Shown here one piece after another: positions 49,304 to 62,304 of a DNA stretch of 64,000 bases. Location: positions 3,596,001-3,660,000 of the forward strand of contig JASTWF010000031.1 of the NCBI GenBank assembly GCA_030390025.1, read 5' to 3'. Made by a program: the position numbers and the translations under genes. Every line of letters begins with the position of its first letter. Positions within the stretch are counted from its first letter, which is position 1. Below the pieces are notes generated by a model. That model was not told the DNA's origin. It saw nothing but the letters and a program-made list of their open reading frames with translations, and ran no database searches. This DNA comes from Squalus acanthias. Lineage: Eukaryota.

Positions 49304-49625
49304 GAATAACCCTGGAATTGGATTTGAATTTGATGACATTCCATCTCTGGATAATTCTGTTCAAACTATGAAACTTTTGCCTGAAGATATCACCATGTCA
49401 ACAGCGTACCCTGATCCAACCAGAAGATCCCACCGGCTCCATTCAGATTCTATCTTTACAGTTCCCAAATCTCAGCCACAGTTGGATAGCTATACCATTA
49501 CTCCCACGGATCCATATGACTGCAATCTAACTGATTCATTTGATAATATTTTAATGACTCCGGCACAACAAAGGTGGGCTCCTGAGCACAGTTTCAAAGA
49601 TACATTCAAGGATATGTCACCTGAG
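49304..49625 (+). CDS. grhl3: grainyhead-like 3, exon 4
   Basis: TTTCTACAG|G NNPGIGFEFDDIPSLDNSVQTMKLLPEDIT...QQRWAPEHSFKDTFKDMSPE|GTTAGT; 322 nt open frame, phase 2 to 0. Confidence 0.9.
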
Positions 49626-52308
49626 GTTAGTTTAATTTCCATAGAAATCTAAATATTTATTAAAGTAAATGTTTATGAAAATGAATTAAATTGAGCTAGC
49701 TTATAACATCATCTTAGCAAGGTTAAGACACAAATGATTAATACTAGTACAAATATAATCAACTATGCTATAAATTATTTGTGTACCAATGGATTGTGCA
49801 ATAAAGGATTTATACAATGCAAGTTCAGGCCTGTGTTTCTACTCTCGGCACGGTCTTGATCTTGGTTTGGTCATGGTTGGGGGCTGGGGGTGGGGAGACA
49901 TAACAATGGAGGCCGATTACCTTGCCTGCTCTCGCACCCCTCCTGATGATTGATTATAGAGCACCTTGGCAGAAGCCTTGAAGTGAGTTATCAGGCTGTG
50001 CTCTCAGCTAGGTGAAGAAAAAATCTAAAGGGGGAAAATAGCTTCAAAGATTAGAATAAATGATTACAGTCGAGGACTGAACTGACAAAGCAGTAGCGTA
50101 ACTGGAATGGACTACTGTTCCTGTGGTTCTGGGGGTGAGAGAGGGACGGACGAGAGAATGATGTCTCTGGAAGGTAGCAGAACAGGGTTGAACAGTGCAG
50201 ATGGACGTATATTCTGGAGTTTCGCTTGATGACCTTTGGGGTTCTATGAGGTATTTATGCAGAGCTAATCTCTATCCAAACCTATCTCATGAAATTACAG
50301 CCTATGGTAATGAATTAATCCTGGTTAGAGGAATAACAGAAAGTGACAAACATGAATAGTTTAACTACTGTAAAAGCTGAAGCTGGTTTGATTCAAAAAT
50401 GGGCAGTAAGTTTGAAAGGTTAGCTACTTTGTAGCCAGTAATCGATTTTGAAGAATTACTGTGCACTTTAGTTTTTTGAGTCTGAGTTTAACAATAAGGG
50501 AATCTGCTACGAGGTTAGTTAAGAATTTGAAAGCTCAAGTTACAAAGTGAAGTTCATTTTCCCTACCAATGAGAACTAGTTTATCTAGCTTATCTTCAGT
50601 GCCGCTAGCTGCTGCCACTCAGTATTTAATTTTCACGGTTGTCAAAGATCTCTTCAGCTTATTTTTTTTAATATATGTGTTCATTTAAAAAAATGTAAGT
50701 CTTCATAGAGTTAATCTCTCTGGGCGCCAACACGCAAACTTGTTGCTCGCCCCGTGATTAAATCGGTCCAGTGTGTTTCGATGCAAAGTAAATCTCCCTG
50801 CAATCTCAGCCCCAACATCCGAAGAACACGCACTGTTGCGCAAGGGTGTCATTTTTCCATTTCCCAAGCCAACTGCTGTCAGGCAATTTTGAATGAGATT
50901 GCCATTTGGTGCCAACTAGAGATTAATAAGGGACGATATATACCGTGGGCCCTAGATGCTAGATTGAGACCACTCAAACTCATTTCAAGTAGAACAGTAT
51001 CAGAGCTAGTCATCACATCAGTCTGAATTGGATTTGGACTCAGGCCCTAGAGATGAAAGACCAATGTCCAATCCACTGGTCACCTAGTGACCCTAAAAGG
51101 TGTATTACAGAACTGGGGAAAAGATTAGGAGAAAGAAGTTAACAACCTAAAGGAAATATTTCAAAGAAAGAAAGAACCAGTAGTGAAATTACTGTACACG
51201 TGTCATATACTTTGAGACATTAGATGGTCCATTAGTGGTATCCATACCAGTATCTGTGGACTGGACCTTTCCAATTGAGAAGGAAAGCGTGGATTGAAGA
51301 GCTAGGAGGTGGCTAATTTGGGGAGAACAAAACATTGTACGGTTTAAGAAACTGCATAACAGCTCAGTTGCTAACAGTAAAATTTAAACTTTTAAGTCCT
51401 TGAATTTAACTATTTAAAATCCTAGCAGAAACTTTGGTGCAATTCAAAGAGCCCACCAAGCAAAAGGGAGCAAAGGTCAATAAAACTTTGTTGCACATTA
51501 CAGGTACCTTAAAATATTTTTTCTTCCTAATTTTTATGCCAATTTTCTCCCTTTCACTTCTGAAAGCATCAACTCATTAATGGGGTTCTATTCCATGGGT
51601 GCTGGGCACTCTTCATGTGTCATGCCTTAGTGTTGGCCAGGAAGGGGCAGGTATAATAACCAAACCCAACCCTTTCCTCCCCCAACATACACTTCCAACA
51701 AGTATCACTGGGTACAAATCAGGCGACAGAACCCTAGCCAATTACCTCTTCCTTAACCCCGAGTTTTGAGGCCTGAAGCCAGTAGTAACATTTGGATTGT
51801 TGCCCCAGAGATCAGTTAACTGAACACAAACCATAGAGTGAATCTGGGGCCTTCCTTGTCTAGATGGTTCAATTACTCCCTGCTTTAACCAGCTCAGTGG
51901 GGATGCCTACCTTAAAATGTTTATAGCATATTTTATGTTTAAAGGTGGAGCCAGCTCAGTAGCTACAGTGCTACAAAATTGAATTCTCAATTAAGAGAGC
52001 TATAACTTAAATCACTATCTTTACTTACATTAGCATCAAGGCTTTCTCAATGGATGAGATTACTGGTCTTGGTTAAAAAGTTAAGAGGAAACTGATAGGC
52101 ACTGGGAAGAGGTTCCTTCCTATCATGCTTCAAGGTATCTGCTGGGAAGTTGACTAAAGAGCAGTATTGATTTATGCCTCCATGGCAATGTACATGGACA
52201 GATTTGGCCAAATGAAGGGGAAAACACAAACTGGGCAATGGAAAACTTGGGAAAATAATAAAATAAATGCATCTAATTTACCAATCTTTTGCATTTTTTT
52301 TTAAATAG

Positions 52309-52373
52309 GCCTTTCTTGATGATTTGATAAGACCATCTTGTGTTGAGGAAAATGTTACAAATAATAGACCAAG
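52309..52373 (+). CDS. grhl3: grainyhead-like 3, exon 5
   Basis: Polypyrimidine tract...AATAG|AFLDDLIRPSCVEENVTNNRPR|GTTGGT. 65 nt supplies the phase 0 to 2 link required by exons 4 and 6. Confidence 0.72.
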
Positions 52374-53263
52374 GTTGGTATATTCCTCCCATTACATACA
52401 GTCTTTTAAAGGAACACACTTTCTATTTCACGTTTTATGGGAGCATGTTATGTTACGGATTGACAATTGATGGGGGCGGGGGAGGGGGTGGGAGAAGGAT
52501 ACAAAATATATTTTCAAACCCACTTTGAACTTAGTTACACAATGCTCCGATAGGCTAGATGAAACTGGTTATATGATACCAAGTAATTGGTGGTCATTTT
52601 AAAAAATAACGGAATTTCCAAACAGAGCATTGAATCGACCTCAACTTGTATATCACTTTGTGCAGCACAGAGTCCCCTACAATCACACACAGGATCTGTA
52701 AGGCAATTTGCTTTTCATTTATGTTGATATGAAATAGGTCTGTTGTTTATCAAAAATTTCATTTTCGCATACACGCACATGCACACATATACTTCAGCAT
52801 AGAATAAACTGAATAGTATGATATATGACATATGCTTATATATATATATAAAATTGGTGTGGAAAAATCAGTTAAATTGATGGAAAGAATAAAATGTTTA
52901 TTTAAGAATTTCTAATTAAATGGTTTTCCATGAATCTTAATCAATAATATTGAGTAATCTTGTTGGTAATTTATTTATTTATCATTGGCAAGCAAAAATA
53001 TCACAGTTCTGGGCATAGCTGGGACTTTAACTGGGATTGATGAGCTTTGCAAAGTTTTCTTGCTGGAATCAGTAAAGATGATATTTCAGAGAAAATGGTA
53101 AGCGTAATTAATAAAAGCTTCTCATTGCATTGCACTGGGTTCCTACATCACAGCTATAAAAGCGAAGCTAAATCTAAATATTGACGTTTTCGCGATACTT
53201 TTCTGACTTCGAGCTGCCAGAGAGAAGCCCTTCCTGCTGGCTTGTGTGTATCAGAAATTCATA

Positions 53264-54130
53264 GGGCTGGATTTTCTCAGCCCTGAGGAGGCGGGTTTGG
53301 AGGCAGGTCTGCTGGGAAAATGGGTAAAATTGGGAGCGGGTCCCAACCCCGCTCCCAACCCGCCTCCGAACCATCTTCCCGGGAGGCGGGTCCCCAACTC
53401 GCACAGGGACCCGTCTCCTAGCGGCGGAAAGGGGATTAGAGCCAATTAACTGCCTGTTAACAGGTAGTTAACAGGCAGTTAAGAGGCTTTTCCCCATTTT
53501 CAGCCTGCTGATGCGGGCTTCCTGACGGCGGGAAACCCCGCCAGGGCCAGCGAGGCGAGCTGTGGGTCTGCTGCAGTGTAAGTGTGCAAATGACAGCTGC
53601 AGAGATAGTGTGATGGGTGCAATGGTGCACAGGTAAGTATGACAGGTGAGAAAATGTAGTGAGAAATATTTTTATTCTGTTTATATGTATCTGCAGGTGA
53701 CAAGATTTGATGTTTCTGTGAAGCCTCATCTGATCGGGAGAATTGACAGATGGCTTCTGCAATCTCACATGCAGCTGCCATCTGTTTTCTCCGAAGGAGA
53801 GAGTCATTGGTGAGCCTGGGCGAAAGGGCAAGCCTTTGGACAGTGATTGTCAGTGTTTGACAGCACCTCAATGCTGTCAAACACTGACAATTCATCTGTC
53901 AAAAAATCATGGGGCCTGTCCCTTTAAGAAAACCGGCAGATGAAGCATCATGCACTGACTTCATCTGACACCGGCTTTCCCTTAATTGGCCGGAAAGCCC
54001 GCAGGGCGGGCTTAACAAGGCCAATCAGGGCAAAATAGCATTTGTTCATCAGACGTCGCTGGGGGCGGAACTAGAACCCGGAAGGCAGCAGTCCCGCCCC
54101 CAACTCGTCTCGGCTGGCAAAATCCAGCCC
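53264..54130. mobile_element. Harbinger-like MITE
   Basis: Perfect TIRs GGGCTGGATTTT / AAAATCCAGCCC, TSD ATA. Confidence 0.9.
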
Positions 54131-54374
54131 ATAAAATTTATAGAATCATCATAGAAACTTACAGCACAGAAGGAGGCCATTCGGCCCTTTGTGCCTGTGC
54201 TGGCACATATATTTAAAATGGTCAGAAAACCACACACGCGCATGCCGACGTGTCTGATATAAGCTGCCAGCAGCCAAGGCTCCCCGAAGGGAAGGTAAAA
54301 TTGGAAAATTACCCCTTATTTGTTTAAGAACAGCGGCATCAGTATTTTCAAATTTGCTTGTCCTCCTTTTTAAG

Positions 54375-54531
54375 GGTCGACTTTGCGTGCATGCTGGAGG
54401 CCCCGAAATCTGTCAACCAGAAGCCAGGAGAAGAATCGATGGGTTACCTCAACAAGGGACAGTTTTACCCCATCACACTGAGAGCTGTGGAAGGTGACAA
54501 ATGTCTGCAATTATCCTCAACCAAAGTTCGA
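54375..54531 (+). CDS. grhl3: grainyhead-like 3, exon 6 (start of CP2 DNA-binding domain)
   Basis: TTTTAAG|G VDFACMLEAPKS...MGYLNKGQFYPITLR...LSSTKVR|GTAAGA; 157 nt. Confidence 0.95.
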
Positions 54532-56388
54532 GTAAGACATTTTGGATTCTGCACCTTGGCTTCATTAATCTGATTGCACTGCTAGCTAAGTTTGCTGTTC
54601 AGCTGATATGTTTTCGCACCTACTTTTGAGAAAGTACAAACGACAGAAAAACATCCCAAAGGTCTTATTTTATAGAAACGCTTTAAATTGTCAATAAATC
54701 AGTATGATCATTGTTAGCATGGACACCAAATGTGTCCTCTTGGGTTGCAGCCTCACCCGCTGCGATTGGACATCAGTGTACTTACCAGCATTTTTCATCC
54801 ATTAATGCCGGGAGCACACACTCAAAATAAAAAGAGGCTCCTGCAGGATTAAATTCAGCGAAGCATGTTGAAAGGTCGCACATTCGAACCGTGAAGCTTA
54901 CATTTCTGAATCCGCGTTTTATAATCCAAATGATGTGCTGTAGTTTAATGCGTGCAGTGCTCAGCCAGCTGCTACACACCCAATGTGATCAGAAGCCATT
55001 TCCATTTCCATTAGTTCGCCCCGAGAATACGGCAGCACAATAACAATCCAAAGGCAACAGTGAGCCTTCACGGGTGGTTAATCCGCTCCTTTCTAACATG
55101 GAGTACCCGCTCTTTCTGAGTTGAAGAAGAATGGCAAGAACTTCACACAAAATGGGCTTTTCATATTTGCAAAAGTTACGAGCAGTTTCACGTGAAGCAC
55201 CTTCTCAGTCGTTACTCATGCTGTCACCAGGCCACCAGCGGCATGATTTTTTAGTCTAAGTGGCAGCGGCGTAAAAACTGGAGTTAATCCAGGAAATTCG
55301 CGATCGCCGTTGATTTCAGTGTGGGCGGAGCCAAGATAATTAACTTCGCTCTGCTTTTGGCGAAGGTAAAGGCGGAGTGGCGCCAAAGTCCCAGGAAATT
55401 ATGGCGTGGCGTAAGTCACTTACTCCATAATTTCCTCATTCGTTTGTGCCGTTCAAGGGTCCGCATGATGTAGATGCGCCATTACAATAGCGCAAGTCTC
55501 CAGGAAATTCTGGGCCATCAATATACATTTATATACAGTAGATGGCTCAACAGGGGCAATAGCCTATCTGTAGATCTAGTAATGGTCTTTAGTGCAATAC
55601 TTATAGTTCTTAATGAATTACATCTTATTAGGGATAAAAATACGAAATAGTGGAAACACACAACAGGCCCATCGGCATCTGAATAGAGCAAAGGCAGGTT
55701 AAAGTTTTGGGCTGGCAGTTTCCAGGTGCTGACGGACCTGAAGTCCACATCTCATTCTCACAGATGAGCATAACCATTGGTCTGACGTGGTGTTCTGGTT
55801 GAGATGGTGCTTGTGGAGCTCCAGCGAGAATACCTGGGTTTTCTTTAAGCTCTGCCTAACAGTGCCTTCAGTTTATTTCCTTTTACTTGTTTTCTCTCCT
55901 AACATCACTGCATCCTTCCTGATATGCATTCAAACAAATGTTGGCCAGTATGGTACTTGTGAATCAAACATTGACACTGAAGGAGTCCCAAAATAACTAA
56001 TGTTTCAGTTCAGTTTTAGAATGTGGATGAACAATTGACAATTTTCAACACGTGCTGTATATTGTCTCAAGAGGCTGTTGGCATTTGCCTCATAATTCAG
56101 TTTTCACATCAGTGTATCCATCACTCTTTGATAAAATGTCCATCAAAATAATTTCTATTAAATGAAGTAGTAAAAATATAAAATGCTGGAAATACATAGC
56201 TGGACATTGACAGCACAGAGTAAAGACATGTTAACGTTGTTCAACAGTTGATGTTTACATTTCAGATTTCCAAGATTTACAATTTCTTTATTTTCATGTG
56301 ATCTGGTTCATAAAGTTTTTTTTGAGAATTATTTTGCCATTTGATGAACTAAAAGACAAATATTTTTTTAAAAACTGTTCCGATTTCC

Positions 56389-57029
56389 AGGCTAAAATTT
56401 GGGAGCCAAAAACCTACGGCTCGTGCTCTAAACGGTTATACCAGGATTGTGCCCACCTGTGGGCTTCAGCACTGACCCCACCAGAGTTTGCGGGGTGAGC
56501 AGGAGCACACCTCATGGGGCAAATTGGCGCAAGCATCACTATGGGTGCATTGCTAGCACCTGCATGTCCCATGCGGTCAGAATGTCCAGCACCCGACCAT
56601 GACCATGTCCTCCTTGGCGCACTGTGTAAGGGGCGGTCAATCTGATTCCTTTTTTAAAATCTTGTTATGTCTTTGGGGGGGTTTAGGTCGCTTGCCTGAA
56701 CTGAACCGCAGTGGTGGGGCCCACATAACCCACCTAGAGGCCGGTATGCTTCAACTCACTTGGCACACCCCCTTGCACGGATACGCGAGATGCCAACTGA
56801 GCCAAAGAGTGGGAAATCCTAGCGGAGGGAGTTCTCACGCTTGGCTCCCCCCACTCGACACCATTTGCCTTGTAGGGGGCAGCTTGAGGTTCTGCTCCTT
56901 AAAAGGCAAGTCAGAAACTCTCATAAAAAGGTGCTGATCCGGCGCCATCTGCTCTCTGCTGTCTTCCAGAGGGTCCTGTTGGTCTCCCACCACAGAGAGA
57001 CCAGCAAAGCCAATGAGGAATTTTAGCTC
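56389..57029. mobile_element. MITE (degenerate)
   Basis: Termini AGGCTAAAATT / AATTTTAGCTC with GC-rich interior. Confidence 0.5.
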
Positions 57030-58879
57030 ATCGGCCTTTCTGTCTAAACTGGTACAAAGCTAGGCAGCAGTACAGTGAGCTGACTGCCAACAATTTTCTG
57101 TGATCAGCTCATTTCAGAAATTATTTATAGTTGCTTCTGCAGGAAGCCTGTATAATAAGGGTTGTGGAAAATCTGGCCAGTGGGTTAAATTTAAAGGGAT
57201 GCGCGCAATTAAAGATAAGTGGCTACATATGGGGAAAAACCGCCGTTTCGGCTTTTATAAAGCTTCAAAGTTCATTTTAACTATTTGTCAGCCTTTGCCA
57301 AGGCTGGGGATGGGGAGGGGGAGGGGGTGGAAGAGCAGGAGAAACAAAGTGAAAGGAAACCTGATGTTGGGGCATGAAACCGATTCTGTGGGCAAGTGAC
57401 TGAATGGTACAGCAACAGACCTACAGTTAGCTAACAAAATAAACACACAGCTACCTGAGGAGGGTGTGAGAAAGGTCACTCTGTTTTGCACTGCAGAGCA
57501 CCCTCCTCAGAGGGGAGCAGTGCACCATTCCTGGCAGCACGTGGTATCCAGCCTCAGATGTTGTGGCGTGCGGTCTCGGGCTGGTCACACCGTTCCACAT
57601 TTTCTGCTCATTGATGCCGCTGTCACAACCATCCAGTTCTTTTATTCCATACCCGTCCCTCAGTCGGACACACCTTCAGGATGTTGTGTACAATTGAAAG
57701 CCTTGTCGCCCTCACATCTTGAGGGCATAACACCTCAAATCAATGTAAAACAATCTAGCTGCATGATAGTCACTTACTGACTTCCAAGTTGCCCATCACT
57801 GTACAGGTGCTTCTTTGACATTGAGGATGCAATCCCAATCTGTGGAAATGCCTCACTGGTGAAGCATAGGTGGTGAAGGCGCATGTCCTTTGACATGCTC
57901 GAGCAGCTGTTGCAGTGCTTGTGGCCTTGCATACTTGAGTAATAACACATCAGTGATTATTCCTCTACAGCTCCTCCTCACCCTCAAGCTCCCTGAGCAT
58001 GAGGATTTCCCACAGGAAGGGCCATCCTACCAGCAGAAGGTGTTTGCGTTGAGGGTAGAACTCCCTTCAATGGTCGGAGGTGAAAAAAAAAGTTAAAACA
58101 ATACAAAAATGAAAAAGTATAAATTGACCATAAAATGCATCAAACTAAATAGCACAAAAGAAAAAGAAAAGGCCAAAAAGTAACACCTTCCAATGCTGTA
58201 AGAGAAATACCAGGAAGTGAGTTATTAAATTTGCACACTTAAAATGGGCCTTCAGCAATAACATTGCATTTCAGTAACAAACCACAAATAATGTGGAGGA
58301 GGGAAGCCCAGCCCTGCCCTGCTTGCTGTGGTTTCCAAACCCTTAATGAGGCCTGCGCATGCGAGCAGCATAACCTTCTTGAGCACCCAGGGCAACCTGG
58401 TCAGAAACCAGCAGGCAGCCGCTCCCAGTGCACTTTTAGACCAATCATTCTCCCCGAGTTAAAAAGCGTTTCCTGTTGTGTCGATGTCCAACTGAAATAT
58501 ATTAATGTTAAGGCCCAAATTGTCTTCATTTCTTTCTAAGTATGTACAATTGGTGTGTAATAAGGGCATTTAGCAGTTTGCAGTCTATTTACACATAATA
58601 AGCAAATTCATCTATCATTCTTGAAAATATTCATCTCAACAGGCCAATTGAACATTTTATTATTTAATAGTTTCTGTATTCCAGTCAGTGTTGACATTAA
58701 AAAATGATAACTTTTTAACCTGTCCTATAATTGTTTGTTGCGGGTGTGCTCCAGGGAAGTGTATGGAAATCATGTAAGATAAGTTAGCTGGTTAAAAGGT
58801 GGACATTGCAAATAGAAGCGGAGGCTTAAAAATCCAGCCTAAGCAAATAAATGATCAATAACTGTTTTCTTCTGTGTAG

Positions 58880-58991
58880 AGTATGATCATGGCCGTTTTT
58901 GACAATGCGAAGACTCCGGAAGAACAACTGAAGTATTGGAAACACTGGCATTCCCGACAGCATACAGTCAAGCAACGGGTCATTGATTTTG
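58880..58991 (+). CDS. grhl3: grainyhead-like 3, exon 7
   Basis: TGTGTAG|[38 protein letters not shown]|GTAAGG; 112 nt; absent from the ORF track. Confidence 0.95.
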
Positions 58992-59577
58992 GTAAGGAAA
59001 TTGATACTATCATGGCCTAACCTTACTGGAGCATCAAATTTTATTTTTAATTCCTTTTCCTTTCTATCCCTTTTTTTGTCTCTCAACATCTAGCAGTAAT
59101 TGCTGAAAATGCTCAGCTACTCAATTGTACTGAGAACTAATATCGATCTTTATGGCATATAAAATTTAATATCAGCTGTCATTAATATTCATTGAAGTGC
59201 TCAGTATTCATTTCACTTGTGATCCATTAAAAGCCTTTGCAGAGAGGATTCCATTATGTTAACTCTAGAATGGGTCAATTGATGAAGTGACATGCATGGG
59301 AAAAATATTTAACATACTTAATCATATAAAGAAGTAGCGACTTCTAGATTTAAAGCAAAATGTAAAATCTAATTGGTGATTATGTCTTTGAAGAACGTAT
59401 CACACAAGGAACTGAATGTGACCTCAGCAAAATCCATGCCAGGAGTGTTATAGATGCCAGTGTAGTTAAGCAAAAGTGCTCCACGGTGACTGTGCTTAAT
59501 TTTACAAAGTCAGTTGATTCGAATAATCAGCAGAAATTCCCAGCACAGCTTTAGCCTCACATCAACAGTGAACTAAA

Positions 59578-59820
59578 GGCAGCGGGCGGTCGGGGGTGGT
59601 CGCTCGGCCCGACTGCCTGCCTCTCTTCCGCGGCCACGATCGCGCCCGGGTGGCCCTGGAGATGGAGCACGCGGTGTCCGCCGGCACGCTCGAGGCCTTC
59701 CGCGACCGGTGGGCACCGCAGGGACTGGAGTGCATCATCACCCCCGGAAACCAAATTTTAATTTAATTTGTTAAGTTTCATTTGATGTATTTTTGTTAAG
59801 TTACAGTTTTTGTTTATTGA
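59578..59820 (+). mobile_element. Tx1/L1-clade LINE 3' end
   Basis: Encodes ...RPDCLPLFRGHDRARVALEMEHAVSAGTLEAFRDRWAPQGLECIITPGNQILI* (stop 59764-59766), then a T-rich 3'UTR. Confidence 0.75.
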
Positions 59821-59969
59821 TCGCACCAAAAGAGCAACAGCGAGCTAAATTGGGCTGCAGATAATCTGCTTAGCAGGCAAATTTGTAAGGATGTGGCCAC
59901 TTAAAGGTAAGTGGCTGCATATGGGGATATATTATTTTGGCCTTTATAAAGACTGCAAAAGGAATAAAA

Positions 59970-60178
59970 GGATCAGCCATGATCTTATTGAATGGAGGAG
60001 CAGGCTCGAGGGGCCAAATGACCTACTCCTGCTCCTACGTCTTATGTTCTAATGTTCTTATGATACGTGAATGGGGTTAGATGAAGAAGGGTGGGAGGCG
60101 GCTCGTGTGGAGCATAAACACCAGCATGGACCTATTGGGCTGAATGGCCTGTTTCTGTGTTGTAAATACCATGCAATG
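59970..60178 (+). mobile_element. Two tandem CR1 3'UTR tails
   Basis: Match 31800-31893 and 35330-35437. Confidence 0.8.
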
Positions 60179-61312
60179 TTGAAATCGCAGATTAATGGCT
60201 ATGCTGTGTAATGTGGTTCATTTGTTTTGCTGACCTGTATGAGATGGTCCCTGCAACCACTGACTGTAGGGGGAAAAAGTGATTCTTCCACTGAGGCTTT
60301 CATTTGTGAGATCTCCAACCAAGGGGTCAATGATTAAACAGGGATATCTGCCAAAATCCCCACACAAATAGCTCAAACAAAGAAATCTGTCGCAGACCTC
60401 AACCTGTGGGATTACCTAAGGGAAAAGGTGATGTTTCTGGCCTGATCAGTATAGCTACCAGAGGACAGCTACTGTGAAGGTTTAAAAGGTGCAAGAGGTC
60501 CTGCAACAAATAAAAGAATGGATTTTACATTGAAGGTTACAGCACAGAAGAAGTCCATTCAGACCATCATATCTATGGAGGATCTTTGCTATAGAGTAAT
60601 TCAAAATGAGTCCCACTGCCTAGCTTTAGAAGCACCCAGCATACATATAACATTTAGATTATTGAACTGGAAACAACATTTTAAAATATATCATTATGGG
60701 CAGTTGGGGCTGGATTCACCGACACAATCGAGTGGGATAGCAGCGGAGAATGATGGAACCTTCTAGGCAGTGAGGCATCATGGCCTGATCTGCATTTCCT
60801 TCCCCTTCCCCCCCCGCAGGGAGTGCCGCTGACTGCTCCTCTTCTGTCTGCCATGTGCAAAGGACATTGGGAAGAAGGTCCCAGGACCCCAGTGGATTAT
60901 CCTTCCGTCCGTGCATGTTACCGCCACTTCCTGGGGCTGCCATGGGGCAGGTGGCAATAGACCCCTGGGCCTGCTGGACTGCTGATCTTCTGGTCTTCAG
61001 GGCACTTCTGCCCCTTTACCTGCCTGCTATCTCTTCTGGTGCTGCATTGGTGGCCCCCTGCTGCAGTGCTGCTGGGATTTAGCAGCCGGGCAATGGCAAG
61101 CTCATCCTTGGTGGTGGGAATCCCACCAGAAACCTGTCGTGCGTCAGAAAACTGGATCAGGGTTGCAATGGTGTCACACAGCAGTGGGGGAAGTACTGCC
61201 CTACTATCACTGGGAGGAGAATCCTGACATTGGTCTCAAAGGTTTGTTTTGTTCACAGTTAGTTACATTATATATTGCAGCTTATTTATATCCATTTGTT
61301 TTTTTTTTACAG

Positions 61313-61407
61313 CAGATTACAAGGAAAGCAACTGCACCATCAGCTGCGTTGAAGAAGTGGCATTTAATGCTCTGTCCTTCATCTGGGATACCAGCAAGGA
61401 AGCAAAG
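61313..61407 (+). CDS. grhl3: grainyhead-like 3, exon 8 (gene continues beyond window)
   Basis: TTTTTACAG|[33 protein letters not shown]|GTAAAA; 95 nt, phase 1 to 0. Confidence 0.95.
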
Positions 61408-61529
61408 GTAAAACTGGGAGATGTATGGGATATCAGAGGGGAGCCATATGTCAAAGTCACCTTCACTGAAATTCACAAATTGACTGACTGGGAAAATAAT
61501 CATTTGATTAAGCAGAAATGAAACTGTAT

Positions 61530-62019
61530 TATACTTGCCTTAGAGGCGGTGCAACGAAGGTTTACTAGATTGATCCCTGGGATGAGAGGATTGTCCTATG
61601 AGGAGAGATTGAGTTGGAGTTTAGAAGAACGAGAGGTGATCTCATTGAAACATATAAGATTCTGAGGGGGATTGACAGAGTAGATGCTGAGGGATTGTTT
61701 CCCCTGGCTGGAGAGTCTAGAACGAGGGGGCATAGTCTCAGGATAAGGGGCCGGCCTTTTAAGATTGAGAGAAGGAGGAATTTCTTCACTCAGAGGGTTG
61801 TGAATCTTTGGAATTCTCTCCCAAAGTGCTCAATCGTTGAGTATATTCAAAGCTGAGATAGATAGATCTTTGGACTCCAGAGGAATTAAGAGATATGGGG
61901 ATAGGGCAGGAAAGTGGAGTTGAGGTCGAAGATCGGCCATGACCTTACTGAATGGCGGAGCAGGCTCGAGGGGCCGTATGGCCTACTCCTGCTCCTAATT
62001 CTTATGCTCTTATGTTCTT
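61530..62019 (+). mobile_element. CR1 LINE 3' fragment
   Basis: LEAVQRRFTRLIPG; RGDLIETYKILRGIDRVDAE; RRNFFTQRVVNLWNSLP; tail. Confidence 0.9.
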
Positions 62020-62303
62020 AATCTGTTTTAATGATGTTGGTGGAGGGATAAATGTTGGCCAGGACACTGGGGGAAATCCCCTGCTCTTCTTTGAAAGTAC
62101 CATGGGATCTTTTATGCCCACCTAATAGGGCAGATGGGGCATCAGTTTAATGTCTCATCCGAAAGACGACACTTCTTACTGTACAGCATTCCCTTAGTGC
62201 TGCACAGGAGTGTCAGCTGAGGTTATGTATTCAAGTCTCTGTGTCAGGGCTTGAACTCACAAACATCTGACTCAGAGGTGAGAGTGCTATCACTGAGCCA
62301 CTG
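62020..62303 (-). mobile_element. Deu-domain SINE, 3'-truncated
   Basis: Homologous to 10735-11023. Confidence 0.8.
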
Positions 62304-62304
62304 T

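Noticed and set aside
57400-58460. Possible decayed transposase region
   Set aside because: Composition suggests a TE, but no convincing catalytic motif or TIR pair could be read.
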